From: an uncultured delta proteobacterium
Lineage (GTDB): Bacteria; Desulfobacterota; WTBG01; CAIYCZ01; CAIRTM01
Assembly: GCA_963804955.1 (NCBI GenBank)
Contig: CAWDSQ010000005.1
Location: 128,001-192,000, forward strand
Length of the DNA: 64,000 nt
Reading direction: 5' to 3'
Shown: piece by piece, positions 43,184 to 53,481 of the stretch
Numbering within the stretch: the first letter of the stretch is position 1
Layout: every line of letters begins with the position of its first letter
Program-made: the position numbers and the translations under genes
Notes under the pieces: model-generated
Told to the model about the DNA's origin: nothing
The model's database searches: none
Seen by the model: only the letters and a program-made list of their open reading frames with translations

Positions 43184-45827
43184 TTACTGGAGCTGCCGGC
43201 CGGCAAGCCGCTTGGTAAGCTTCACCGCTTCAATGATCAGCAGCGGCACGAATGACAGCAGTATGGTGATGCCGAGCTCTGTCCCGGAAAGCCGCTGCGT
43301 TTTAAACACCGGCTGCATGATTGGCACATACACAATCAAAAACTGTAAAGCGCAGGTAAGGATGATCGCACCGAGCAGGGCCATATTGCCGCTCACTCCT
43401 GTGCGAAAAAATGATTCAGATCCCGAGCGCACCCCGAGGGCTACGGCCATGCGCCCCAGCACCAGGCTGGTAAAGAGCATCGTCTGCCAGGGCAGATCAT
43501 GCCGCACGGCAAAAAACAGGAAAGCAAGGGACGCAAGGCCGGACAGCAGGCCGACAACCATCATGAACATGGCCCTGCCGCTGGCGAACACGCCTTCGCC
43601 ATAGGGCCGCGGCGGTCGCTGCATGACACGGGGATCCGCCGGCTCGGCAGTGAGCGCCAGGCCCGGGAAGCTGTCGCACAGCAGGTTCATCCACAGTATC
43701 TGAATGGGCACCAGCGGCAGGGGCAGGCCGAGAAAAGGCGCAAGAAAGATGAGCCAGATGGTGGCAGCATTGGAGGTAAGGGAATACATGATGAACTTGA
43801 TGATATTATCGTAAATGCGGCGGCCTTCCCTGACCGATTTCACAATGGTTGCGAAATTGTCGTCAAGCAGGATCATGTCGGAGGCTTCCTTGGCGACATC
43901 GGTGCCCGTAATGCCCATGGCAATGCCGATATTGGCGCTTTTGAGCGCCGGGGCGTCATTGACGCCGTCGCCGGTCATGGCGGCAAACTGCTGCCTGTCC
44001 TGCAGGGCGCGGACTATTTTGAGCTTCTGCTCGGGCGCCACCCGGGCATACACGCCGATATGGTCGACCTTGCGCTCGAACTCTTCAAGGCTCAGCTGCT
44101 CGAGCTCCCGGCCGGTCAGCACTTCATCATCCCTGTTTATAATGCTCAGCCGCCGTGCAATAGCCCGGGCGGTAACGGGGTGATCGCCGGTTATCATAAT
44201 GGGCCGGATGCCGGCGCTTCGGCACAGCTCGACTGCCTCGCGGGCTTCCTCGCGGGGCGGATCGATAAGGCCCGCAAGCCCGATAAACTCAAGCTGTGTT
44301 TCCACCTGTGAGGTCAGCAGCTCCGCAGGCTCGTGATCCCATCGCCGCAAGGCAAACCCGAGCACCCGCAGGCCCTGCCCGGCAAGCCCGTCGGCTGCCG
44401 CATGCAGAGCGCTGTGATCGGCGGGGCTGCCCTCCAGAGGCTGCGGGCAGTGCGCGAGAACAGATTCCAGCGCGCCCTTGGTGAAGGCAACAATGCTGCC
44501 GTCAGCGCAGCGGTGGAGCGTGGTCATCATTTTGCGCTCAGAGTCAAAGGGCAGCTCGGCAATGCGCGGAAAGGCCTTTTCAAGAGCGGCCTTATCAAAG
44601 CCTTTTTCACGGGCAAACTGCCAGAGAGCTGTTTCCGTCGGGTCGCCGTAGACCGAGCCCCCGGCATCAACATAGGCATCATTGGAGAGCGCCATGGCGC
44701 GCAGCAGCATTTCCTGCTGCGGGCCGTCAGCGGCAAATCCGGGCAGGCGGGGACCGTCGAACAATGCAGCGCCGTCATGCACGGCTTCGACGGTCATTTT
44801 ATTCATGGTGAGCGTGCCGGTTTTATCAGAGCAGATGCAGGTGACCGACCCCAGGGTCTCGACCGCCGGAAGGTGCCTGATCAGCGCGTTCTGCTTCACC
44901 ATTTTTTTTGCGCCGAAAGCAAGGGAGATCGTGATAACGGCAGGCAGGGCCTCGGGTATTGCCGCCACTGCCAGGCTCACGGCGGTCAGGAACATGAGCA
45001 CCAGCGGCTGGCCCTGCACGAGGCCGGTAGCGAAAATGATAGCCACAACAGCCAGAATCACAAGCGCCAGTTTTTTGCTGAACAGGTCGAGCCGGTGCTG
45101 CAGGGGCGTGCGCGACACTTTTTCCTCTTCCAGCATATGGGCGATTCTGCCCAGCTCGGTCTGCATGCCGGTTGCCACAACCAGGCCGCTTCCCCGGCCA
45201 TAGGTTATGGCCGTGCCGCTGTATACCATATTGGCCCTGTCGCCGAGCGGCAGCGATGCGTCCTCAAGCGGCCGAATATGTTTTTCAACAGGTACGGATT
45301 CGCCGGTGAGCGCCGATTCCGCGGCCCGCAGCTGCGCGCTTTCAAGCAGGCGCATATCGGCAGGCACAATATTTCCGGCCTCCAGCAGCACCACATCGCC
45401 CGGCACGATATCGGCAGGCTGCTACGGCTGCCGGCGCGCCGTCGCGCAGCACAGTTGCTGTGGGCGCAGCCATGCCCCGCAGGGCAGCAATTGCCTTTTC
45501 AGCCCGAAATTCCTGAAAAAACCCTATGACGGCATTGAGCATCACAATGGCAAGAATGGCATAGGCCTCGACCGGATCACCGACTACGCCGGCAATGACC
45601 GCCGCGATAAGCAGAATGATTATAAAAAGATCCTTGAACTGATCAACGATCATCATCAACGGTGAGCGCCGAGCCCCTTCCTTCAGCATATTGGGTCCCG
45701 ACTGCTTAAGCCGCTGACCTGCCTCATGAGCGCTCAGGCCTGAGCTGGAGGCGGCCAGCTCAGCCATGTTTTCATCAGTTGTTTTGGTATGCCAGGCACC
45801 AGGGTTTTTTTCTATGGAGTCGCTCAT
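43184..45827 (-). CDS. P2A-type cation-transporting (Ca2+-like) P-type ATPase (frameshift near 45418)
   Basis: TGES, AIPEALP, ICSDKTGTLT, TGDH, TGDGVNDAPAL. Confidence 0.93.
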
Positions 45828-45949
45828 GGGATTGTCTCAAAAGGTGTTGTCTATTTTGCTTGATCAGGCGCGAACAGTACCGGCAGCATGGTGCACGACT
45901 AGCTCATGCTGCGGCTGTACGGGAAAATCGTCCGGATGCAACGCAGCAT

Positions 45950-46255
45950 TTATTGTTTAAAAACTGAAAACAGCTTGTTAAGAACCGGTGTGCCGAGTTT
46001 TGTCACTGCCTCGAGTTCCCCGGCATCAAGCCATACGCCCAGGCATGCCGAACATCTGTCGACTTTGATGCCCCGGTAATCGATTTCAACCAGGTTCATA
46101 CCGCATTTGGGGCAGCACATATAATGCAGTTCCTGCAGCCGCTTTTTTTCTACTGCTGCAAGCTTATTCTGTTTCTCCTGCTCGGCTTTTTGCAGGCGCT
46201 CGAATTCCAAACGGGCAAAATATTCTTCTTCGTGTTCAGTCGGTTTTACGGGCAT
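45950..46255 (-). CDS. zinc-ribbon (zf-TFIIB-like) protein
   Basis: EEEYFAR, CPKCG...VDRCSACLGVWLDAGEL. Confidence 0.85.
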   Translation of the reverse strand: MPVKPTEHEEEYFARLEFERLQKAEQEKQNKLAAVEKKRLQELHYMCCPKCGMNLVEIDYRGIKVDRCSACLGVWLDAGELEAVTKLGTPVLNKLFSVFKQ

Positions 46256-46579
46256 ATACATTTTCCTTTCCTGATACATTAACAGTTTCGAGTTTACGGG
46301 TTTATTGATAGCAAAAATCACATAACATTTCCATGACAATACCATTAAAAATGTCTAATGTTTGCAGCAGCCCGCAGATAAACAATACTGCCTGAAATGT
46401 TCCTGCCGGTGTGCGCTTCGCTGCCTGTCACTGCTAGCACGTATGATCGGGGGAAATAGACTTTAAAAAAAACCACAATGCAACTTTATTGACTTTTTAT
46501 ACATAAAAAACTATTTTTAACTCAATTGACTCCACAAACTTCAGCTGCAGAATCGCGGTGCGGATACTAGTGGCCAAAG

Positions 46580-47396
46580 ATGATCGAGAGCATTCAAAAC
46601 TACAGCCCCGTCATGCAGGCATTTCTTGCCACTCTTTTCACCTGGGCCGTGACCGCGGCCGGGGCGGCGCTTGTTTTCCTGACTAAAAAGGTCAACCCAC
46701 GGGTCATGGACTCAATGCTCGGGTTTGCCGCCGGCGTTATGATTGCCGCAAGCTTCTGGTCGCTGCTCGCGCCGGGCATAGCAATGGCCCGGGAGATGGG
46801 CTACACGCCATGGCTGACCGCCACGATCGGCTTTATGGCCGGAGGCGCCTGCATGCGGCTGGCCGACTGGCTTCTGCCGCATCTGCATCCGGGCCTGGCG
46901 ATGAAGTCGGCCGAGGGCATCAAGACGTCCTGGCAGCGAAGCACGCTGCTGGTGCTGGCGATCACCCTGCACAATATCCCCGAAGGCCTTGCCGTGGGCG
47001 TTGCTTTCGGCGCTGTGGCCGCAGGCCTTCCCTCTGCCACGATTGGCGGCGCCATAGCTCTGGCAATAGGAATCGGGCTTCAGAATTTTCCGGAAGGAAC
47101 GGCCGTGTCGATGCCGCTGCGGCAGAGAGGGCATGAGCCGGATGAAAAGTTTCATGCTGGGGCAGGCTTCAGGCATGGTCGAACCGGTAGCCGGCGTGCT
47201 CGGGGCTCTGTTTGTGCTGCTCATGCGGCCCGTGCTGCCCTATGCGCTCTGCTTTGCCGCCGGAGCAATGATTTTTGTCGTCGTCGAAGAGCTGATACCG
47301 GAATCCCAGCGCAATGAGGCGCATATCGACCTGGTCACCATGGCAACCATGGCTGGCTTTGCGGTGATGATGATTCTTGATGTGGCCCTGGGCTGA
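46580..47396 (+). CDS. ZIP family metal transporter (frameshift near 47123)
   Basis: [49 protein letters not shown]. Confidence 0.92.
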
Positions 47397-47665
47397 GCAA
47401 ACCGGGCTGGACCTTTCTGCAATAAAATCAGCCTTCAGCTGCGCCCGTTCATTAAACAAAGAAGGTTTGACCGGTGCCCGCCTGCGCACTGGCTGCGGGC
47501 TTGACTGACAGAGGCCCCCCTGTTTCGGCCCCCTCATAGTAGTGTCCGGCGCCGGCAGAGGTAAGCCGGCGCCGGAATGATATTGTTTAATGCAACCGCC
47601 CCGCATGCCATAAGCATTATTGCCCTGTTTGACGGCGCATGTTTTTCCCGGCAGGAGTATATGCG

Positions 47666-50050
47666 TTAATCGGTGTCTTCCGCTTCAGGTAGTTCGGCAT
47701 AATTGCCGACAGTCCGTTTTTCCTTTTTACCGAAAATTTTAATAACAAAGCTGCGCTTTTTTAACGCTGTCGAGACATTGCCGGCGGCATCCTTTGCCCA
47801 GGCGTACAGGGTTTTGCCACCTGGTGTGCTAAAGGTGTAGCTGGCCGGCGGAGTTGATGTCCACCCGCTTGCGTCAGCCTCTGGCGGCATCGGTTCTTCC
47901 GTCGCCATATACCCTGTGACAAGCTCATTGTCCGTGGCGGTAAATATCCGTATTCTGACAGTCAGGGAGAGCGAAATTGGCGGAATCGCAAATCTCTTAA
48001 TCACAGGTGCTGATGTATCAGCCAGCGCGATAGTGAGGGTGTCACTTGACTGCGCGGAGATGTTGCCGGCGGCATCCTTAGCCCAGGCATACAGGGTCTT
48101 GTCACCTGCCGAGCCGAAGGTGTAGCTTGCCGGGGCCGTCGTGCTCCAGCCGGGGTCAGCTGTCGACGGGGCCGCCGACTTTTCCGTTACCAGGAAACCG
48201 GTCACCTCTGTGTCATCGACAGCAGTAAAGACCGTGATTTCGACGGTGAGTGAATGTAAGAGTGTCGTCAAAACAAAGCCGGTGATTTCGGGCGGTTCAG
48301 TGTCCGGAAGCGTGATACTGACGGTGTCGCTTACCGGTTCGGAGATGTTGCCGGCGGCATCCTTAGCCCAGGCATACAGGGTCTTGTCGCCTGCTGTGCT
48401 GAAGGTATAGCTTGCGGGGGCAGTTGCTGTCCAGCCTGCAGCGTCGATCGATGGTGTCGCTGAAGTTTCTGTTACCAGGTAGCCGGTCACATCTGTGTCA
48501 TCTGCAGCCGTGAATGTTGTAATAACTACAATCAGCGAGCTGGAATTTGCAGGTAGCGCAAACCCTGTGACCACGGGCGGTGTTGTGTCGGGAAGCGTGA
48601 TAGTCACCGTTTCGCTGAGGGGCGCTGATATATTGCCGGCGGCATCCTTAGCCCAGGCATACAGGGTCTTTGAGCCTGCTGAGCTGAAGGTATAGCTTGC
48701 CGGGGCAGTTGCTGTCCAGCCTGCAGCTGCGGCCGATGGTGTCGCTGAAGTTTCTGTTACCAGGTAGCCGGTCACATCTGTATCATCTGCAGCCGTGAAT
48801 GTTGTAATAGCTACAGTCAGCGAGCTGGAGTTTGCAGGGATGACAAAGCCGGTGACCACGGGCGGTGTTGTGTCGGGAAGCGTTATAGTCACCGTATCGC
48901 TGAGGGGCGCTGATATATTGCCGGCAGCATCCTTAGCCCAGGCATACAGGGTCTTTGCGCCTGCTGTGCCGAAGGTATAGCTTGCGGGAGCAGTTGCGCT
49001 CCAGCCTGCAGCTGCGGCCGATGGTGTCGCTGAGCTTTCTGTTGCCAGATAGCCGGCCACATCTGTGTCATCTGCAGCCGTGAATGTTGTAATAACTACA
49101 ATCAGCGAGCCGGAATTTGCAGGTAGCGCAAACCCTGTGACCACGGGCGGTGCCGTATCGGTCAGAGTTATAGTCACCGTGTCGCTGAGGGGCGCTGATA
49201 TATTGCCGGCAGCATCCTTAGCCCAGGCATACAGGGTCTTTGAGCCTGCTGAGCTGAAGGTATAGCTTGCCGGGGCAGTTGCGCTCCAGCCTGCAGCTGC
49301 GGCCGATGGTGTAGCTGAAGTTTCTGTTGCCAGATAGCCGGTCACGCCGGAAGCATCGGTTGCTGTAAAAGCCGTAATAGTTACCGTCAACGAACTGGAG
49401 TTTGCAGGTAGCGCAAAGCCTGTGACCACGGGCGGTGTTGTGTCGGGAAGCGTGATGCTGACGGTGTCGCTGAGGGGCGCTGATATATTGCCGGCGGCAT
49501 CCTTAGCCCAGGCATACAGGGTCTTTGCGCCTGCTGAGCTGAAGGTATAGCTTGCCGGGGCAGTTGCGCTCCAGCCTGCAGCTGCGGCTGATGGTGTCGC
49601 TGAAGTTTCTGTTGCCAGATAGCCGGTCACGCCGGAAGCATCGGTTGCTGTAAAAGCCGTAATGGCTACAGTCAGCGAGCTGGAGTTTGCAGGTAGCGCA
49701 AACCCTGTGACCACGGGCGGTGTTGTGTCTGAAGGAGCAGGATGGCTGGTCGCGTCGCCGGGAAATGTTCGGGCATTGATCTCTGTAATATTTGTAAAGC
49801 CATCGCCGTCTGAATCGATATTTGCTATCGCAGGGTAACTGTGATTGTTGTTTTTATAGCTTGTCGCATACGAGTTCAGCACGGAAGTTTTTCCGCCCGG
49901 ATGGCACAGAACGCAGGTGTTGAGGACAGTTCCCGATGTTCCATAGGCAGAGTTGAAAGATGTGAGGTATGTGCTTTTCCCATACGCCACGCCAATGCCC
50001 ACTGAAACCGCCAACAGGGTTGTAATTGCTACCATGACTTTGTGTTTCAT
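47666..50050 (-). CDS. secreted protein with N-terminal CxxCH/DxDGDG domain and seven 95-aa Ig-like repeats
   Basis: AAGGAG RBS; signal peptide; TCVLCH; DSDGDGFTN..E; 7x DTxPP...KTLYAWAKDAAGN. Confidence 0.85.
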   Translation of the reverse strand: MKHKVMVAITTLLAVSVGIGVAYGKSTYLTSFNSAYGTSGTVLNTCVLCHPGGKTSVLNSYATSYKNNNHSYPAIANIDSDGDGFTNITEINARTFPGDATSHPAPSDTTPPVVTGFALPANSSSLTVAITAFTATDASGVTGYLATETSATPSAAAAGWSATAPASYTFSSAGAKTLYAWAKDAAGNISAPLSDTVSITLPDTTPPVVTGFALPANSSSLTVTITAFTATDASGVTGYLATETSATPSAAAAGWSATAPASYTFSSAGSKTLYAWAKDAAGNISAPLSDTVTITLTDTAPPVVTGFALPANSGSLIVVITTFTAADDTDVAGYLATESSATPSAAAAGWSATAPASYTFGTAGAKTLYAWAKDAAGNISAPLSDTVTITLPDTTPPVVTGFVIPANSSSLTVAITTFTAADDTDVTGYLVTETSATPSAAAAGWTATAPASYTFSSAGSKTLYAWAKDAAGNISAPLSETVTITLPDTTPPVVTGFALPANSSSLIVVITTFTAADDTDVTGYLVTETSATPSIDAAGWTATAPASYTFSTAGDKTLYAWAKDAAGNISEPVSDTVSITLPDTEPPEITGFVLTTLLHSLTVEITVFTAVDDTEVTGFLVTEKSAAPSTADPGWSTTAPASYTFGSAGDKTLYAWAKDAAGNISAQSSDTLTIALADTSAPVIKRFAIPPISLSLTVRIRIFTATDNELVTGYMATEEPMPPEADASGWTSTPPASYTFSTPGGKTLYAWAKDAAGNVSTALKKRSFVIKIFGKKEKRTVGNYAELPEAEDTD
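47765..49730 (-). repeat. seven tandem 285-bp coding repeats
   Basis: GCCGGC.GCATCCTT.GCCCAGGC recurs at about 47780, 48065, 48350, 48635, 48920, 49205 and 49490. Confidence 0.95.
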
Positions 50051-50239
50051 AAAACGCTCCTTGCTGTTTTGTATGTACTACGCCATAAAATAAGTCTTTT
50101 TAATATTCAGGGGGCTGCCTCCGGTGTTCATCGGGCCTGGCCGGTCAACCGGTATATATGCGGCAGGAGGAACACACCTCCGGTCATAGAGTGCTGATAC
50201 GTATATACCCGATGATAATTACTGGATAATGGCGTGAAA

Positions 50240-50255
50240 ATTACGATTTGGTAAT
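50240..50255. promoter_or_regulatory. CzcR/CusR-type response-regulator box
   Basis: ATTAC-GATTTG-GTAAT, 22 nt upstream of a minus-strand TATCAT -10 candidate (50212-50217). Confidence 0.6.
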
Positions 50256-50263
50256 GCTTGGAG

Positions 50264-51712
50264 TCAGGCAATGGGAGGAAATGTGAGGGTTACTGTGGTA
50301 CCCTGAGCAATCTGGCTTGTTATATCAATTGTACCATCGTGCATATCTATGATCGATTTGACAATTGCAAGGCCTAACCCGGTACCCTCGGCATCAAAGG
50401 CTTTTGCATTGCCGCCTCTATGGAAGCGGTTAAATATTTTCGGGATATCCTCCGGAGCTATGCCGATACCCGTATCGCGTATGGCGATGGCAACAGAATC
50501 ATCGGGCTGCGTGCTGACCGAAATCTGTATTTCGCCTCCCGGAGGCGTGTAACGCAGTGCGTTTGAAAGGATATTGGTTATGGCGCGCCTGAAAAGCAGG
50601 CGGTCCGCATGCAGCGCGGCTGAGCCCCTGCAGCCTACCGTAATATTGCGCTCTTCCCGAAAAGCATCGGCATAATCAAGAACCTGCTCTATTTCTTTAC
50701 AGGGCTCTAGGAGTTCCGGGGCAATCCTTATATTCGTGCTTTCCGTTTTCGCAATAAAAAGGAGATTTTCAATAATATGGGCAAGCTTCTGAAGCTCCTC
50801 AAGGCTTGACCCGATATGCTGCTGATACTCGGCCTCTGTACGGGGCCGGGAAAGGGCGACTTCAGCCTCGCCGATAAGGTTGCTGATGGGCGTGCGCAGC
50901 TCATGGGCAAGATCCGAAGAAAAATCCGACAGCCTGAGGAAGGAATCTTCGAGGCGATCAAGCATTTCATCAAAAGAGGTCGCAAGCTCCCTGAGCTCTT
51001 TGGGCCATTGCGCAGGGTTGACCCGCCGGGCAAGCTTTGTCGCCCGGATTCTCTGTATAACCCGCGTTATTTTTACCAGCGGCATCAGCGACCGCCGGCT
51101 GATAAAAGCCACAGCAGCTCCGGAAACCAGCATGCCGACGATGAGTGCCGCTGCAGCCATGAGCCGGTAGCTGCGCAGTATGCCGGCTTCATGGGAAATA
51201 TCAACCGCCGCCTGAATAAGATAGTTTTTTTTCGCTGGACCCGGTCCCTGCGCCCATGCCGCCATCATCATCAGCATGCCCGCTTCATTGAACGGCTTTT
51301 TTTTGATTATTGCCGGCTGGCTGCTGACGCCGACGGGCGGGGGGAAATCCGCACCGGAAAGATTTAAGTTTTTGTCAAAGTTATCAGCAAGGATAGCATT
51401 CTGCTCATCGGAGATTCGGGCATAATATTTGAGGTGCTGCCGCTCTATTTTCCCGATAAGCGCCTGCTTGAGCGCCTGCCGGTCATCCGGCCCCTCCCGG
51501 ATAAGAAATCGCAGGCTCTGTATTTTATCGATGAGAATATTTCTGTTTTCGTGTTCAAGGCTGCTGACCAGCGCGTAGTAGAGAAAGCTCTCAATTGTAA
51601 TAAGAATACAGAATGCCGAGAGTGTTGAGATGCTTATGAGGCGCTGAGCAATAGACAGCGACCTTCGGGAGGCAAAGCCAGAGCCTTTACCGTGAACGCC
51701 GTTCAAAGACAT
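50264..51712 (-). CDS. heavy-metal sensor histidine kinase (CusS/CzcS-like)
   Basis: Two TM segments, WPKEL HAMP, FSSDLAHELRTP, NALRY, GTGLGL. Confidence 0.92.
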   Translation of the reverse strand: MSLNGVHGKGSGFASRRSLSIAQRLISISTLSAFCILITIESFLYYALVSSLEHENRNILIDKIQSLRFLIREGPDDRQALKQALIGKIERQHLKYYARISDEQNAILADNFDKNLNLSGADFPPPVGVSSQPAIIKKKPFNEAGMLMMMAAWAQGPGPAKKNYLIQAAVDISHEAGILRSYRLMAAAALIVGMLVSGAAVAFISRRSLMPLVKITRVIQRIRATKLARRVNPAQWPKELRELATSFDEMLDRLEDSFLRLSDFSSDLAHELRTPISNLIGEAEVALSRPRTEAEYQQHIGSSLEELQKLAHIIENLLFIAKTESTNIRIAPELLEPCKEIEQVLDYADAFREERNITVGCRGSAALHADRLLFRRAITNILSNALRYTPPGGEIQISVSTQPDDSVAIAIRDTGIGIAPEDIPKIFNRFHRGGNAKAFDAEGTGLGLAIVKSIIDMHDGTIDITSQIAQGTTVTLTFPPIA

Positions 51713-52364
51713 AGCCTACCCCCCGAACAGAACGAATAAGCTTCTGCGGAAACGGATCGTCCAGTTTCGACCGAAGCCGCCTGATTGCCACATCGACAAA
51801 ATTCGTATCGCTGTCAAAATTTATGCCCCACACATGCTCCGCTATCGCCGTGCGCGATAATATTTGCCCTATCCTCTGAACCATAAAGCTCAAGAGCATG
51901 AATTCCTTTTGCGTCAGGTCGATAGCCGTTCCGCTTCGACTCACTTTATGCGTCAGCATATCGATCTGGAGATCGCCGGCTGAATACTTTTTGGGCTCCC
52001 ACACCTGGCCTCGCCGCTGAAGAGCCTGTATGCGGGCAACAAGCTCTGAAAATGAAAAAGGCTTGATCAGATAATCATCTGCGCCAAGGTTTAACCCTTT
52101 TACTCTTTCCTCAACATTGTCCCGGGCGGTAAGAAAAATGACCCTGGTTTGATGTCCCTGCCGCCTGATTTCATGTAAAATCGACCAGCCGTCCCTGTCA
52201 GGAAGCATGACATCGAGAATGATCAGGTCATAGTCGAAGGTAATCGCCATGCGCAGCCCTTCTTCACCCCTCTGAGCAGTGTCAACGACAAAACCCTCCT
52301 CCGAGAGGCCCTTTTTAAGGTATGCCGCCATCTTAACTTCATCTTCTATAATTAAAATACGCAT
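51687..52364 (-). CDS. heavy-metal response regulator (CusR/CzcR-like, OmpR family)
   Basis: ILDVMLP, GADDYLIKPF, VWGINFDSDTNFVDVAIRRLR. Confidence 0.92.
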   Translation of the reverse strand: MRILIIEDEVKMAAYLKKGLSEEGFVVDTAQRGEEGLRMAITFDYDLIILDVMLPDRDGWSILHEIRRQGHQTRVIFLTARDNVEERVKGLNLGADDYLIKPFSFSELVARIQALQRRGQVWEPKKYSAGDLQIDMLTHKVSRSGTAIDLTQKEFMLLSFMVQRIGQILSRTAIAEHVWGINFDSDTNFVDVAIRRLRSKLDDPFPQKLIRSVRGVGYVFERRSR

Positions 52365-52393
52365 TACCAATTCTCCCCCGAAAAAAAACTACC

Positions 52394-52538
52394 TAGTGGC
52401 TGAACGAAAACCCTGTTTTTACGTCTTTGTCATTTCGACCGAAGGGAGAAATCTTTGCATTTGTTAGAGATTTCTCAGTCGCTCCGCTCCTTCGAAATGA
52501 CAGTTTTCGCGGATAGCGGGGTTTTCGTTCAGACATTA
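52394..52538. mobile_element. MITE-like element with internal REP-like doublet
   Basis: Inverted ends TAGTGGCTGAACGAAAACCC / GGGTTTTCGTTCAGACATTA; internal TGTCATTTCGA...TCGAAATGACA, with a related half copy at 39804. Confidence 0.7.
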
Positions 52539-52933
52539 CCTATAGAAAACGGCATGTATATTAATTGCACAAGCAGCCTCATCTTTATGCTCTCCCCTCA
52601 TCTGCAGGGCAACGGCATCTTCCAGCAGGTTTTTATAAAGTCCCTCGCACCCATACAAAAAAATTATGGCCGTATGAGTTTCATACAAGCTCCTGCATGT
52701 GATATAGGTTCGTTTTCAGATAAAATCAAGAGTCACAAATAAGGGGGGGCTGGAGCCGCTATTCCCGCGGTGCTCATTGCTGGTGCAGTATCGTGCATCG
52801 GAAGCACTTTGATAGCCCCCTTACACGTAGACGAGGGAGCGGAGCGCGGCCTGCTGCCGGAACCGGCAGCAGGGCCTTGACAAGCTATTATTTTTATAGG
52901 ATAATAAACAAAAATAACTACATTATTTCCTCT

Positions 52934-53350
52934 ATGAACATATCGGCGTGCAGATCGCGTTTTAAAAGAATTGTCATTGCAGTTCTCCTGCTGACTTTTG
53001 CTTCATGGTCACATGAGGGGTTTGTTATATGCTATGGCGCTGATGGCCATGTTGAAATTGAACGGCCTTCCGACAAAGACTGCTGCAAAACAACGGTAAA
53101 GTCTGCACCAGTAACGCTTTTAGAGCAATTTGAAGTTATTCATTGTTTTGATGTTCCCATCGGGGCTGCAAAATATATCGCTTCGACCAGCCATACTGCT
53201 TCGTTTCAACAGTATGTTATACCCCTGAGTGTTGTTTCGCCGTTGCTTTTTTCCATAAACCAGCCCTGCCCGTTAGTCTATAACCATGATATGCCACCCC
53301 CTCACAACCCGCTGCTTGCAGTTTTAAAAACAGTAGTTCTTCTTATTTGA
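52934..53350 (+). CDS. small exported Cys/His protein upstream of czcC (CzcI-like position)
   Basis: Hydrophobic N-terminus, VICYGADGHVEIE, DCC, HCFD, C-terminus LKTVVLLI. Confidence 0.6.
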   Translation: MNISACRSRFKRIVIAVLLLTFASWSHEGFVICYGADGHVEIERPSDKDCCKTTVKSAPVTLLEQFEVIHCFDVPIGAAKYIASTSHTASFQQYVIPLSVVSPLLFSINQPCPLVYNHDMPPPHNPLLAVLKTVVLLI

Positions 53351-53481
53351 AAATCCCCTGTTTCTTTCACATTTCCGCGCTTCTGTAACTGTTAATTATA
53401 TAAGCAAAAGAATTCTTGCGTGAACATCATCATGCCGTGCATGATCGATGCTCCGATACTGTGCATCTAAGGAGGATTTTT

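Noticed and set aside
46479..46495. ATGCAAC-TTT-ATTGACT as a Zur box upstream of the ZIP gene
   Set aside because: Only one half-site is good; too weak without a position-weight-matrix scan.
47765..49730. Regular repeats as a CRISPR array or DGR
   Set aside because: They are 285-bp in-frame coding repeats with no unique spacers, and no cas or reverse transcriptase gene is nearby.
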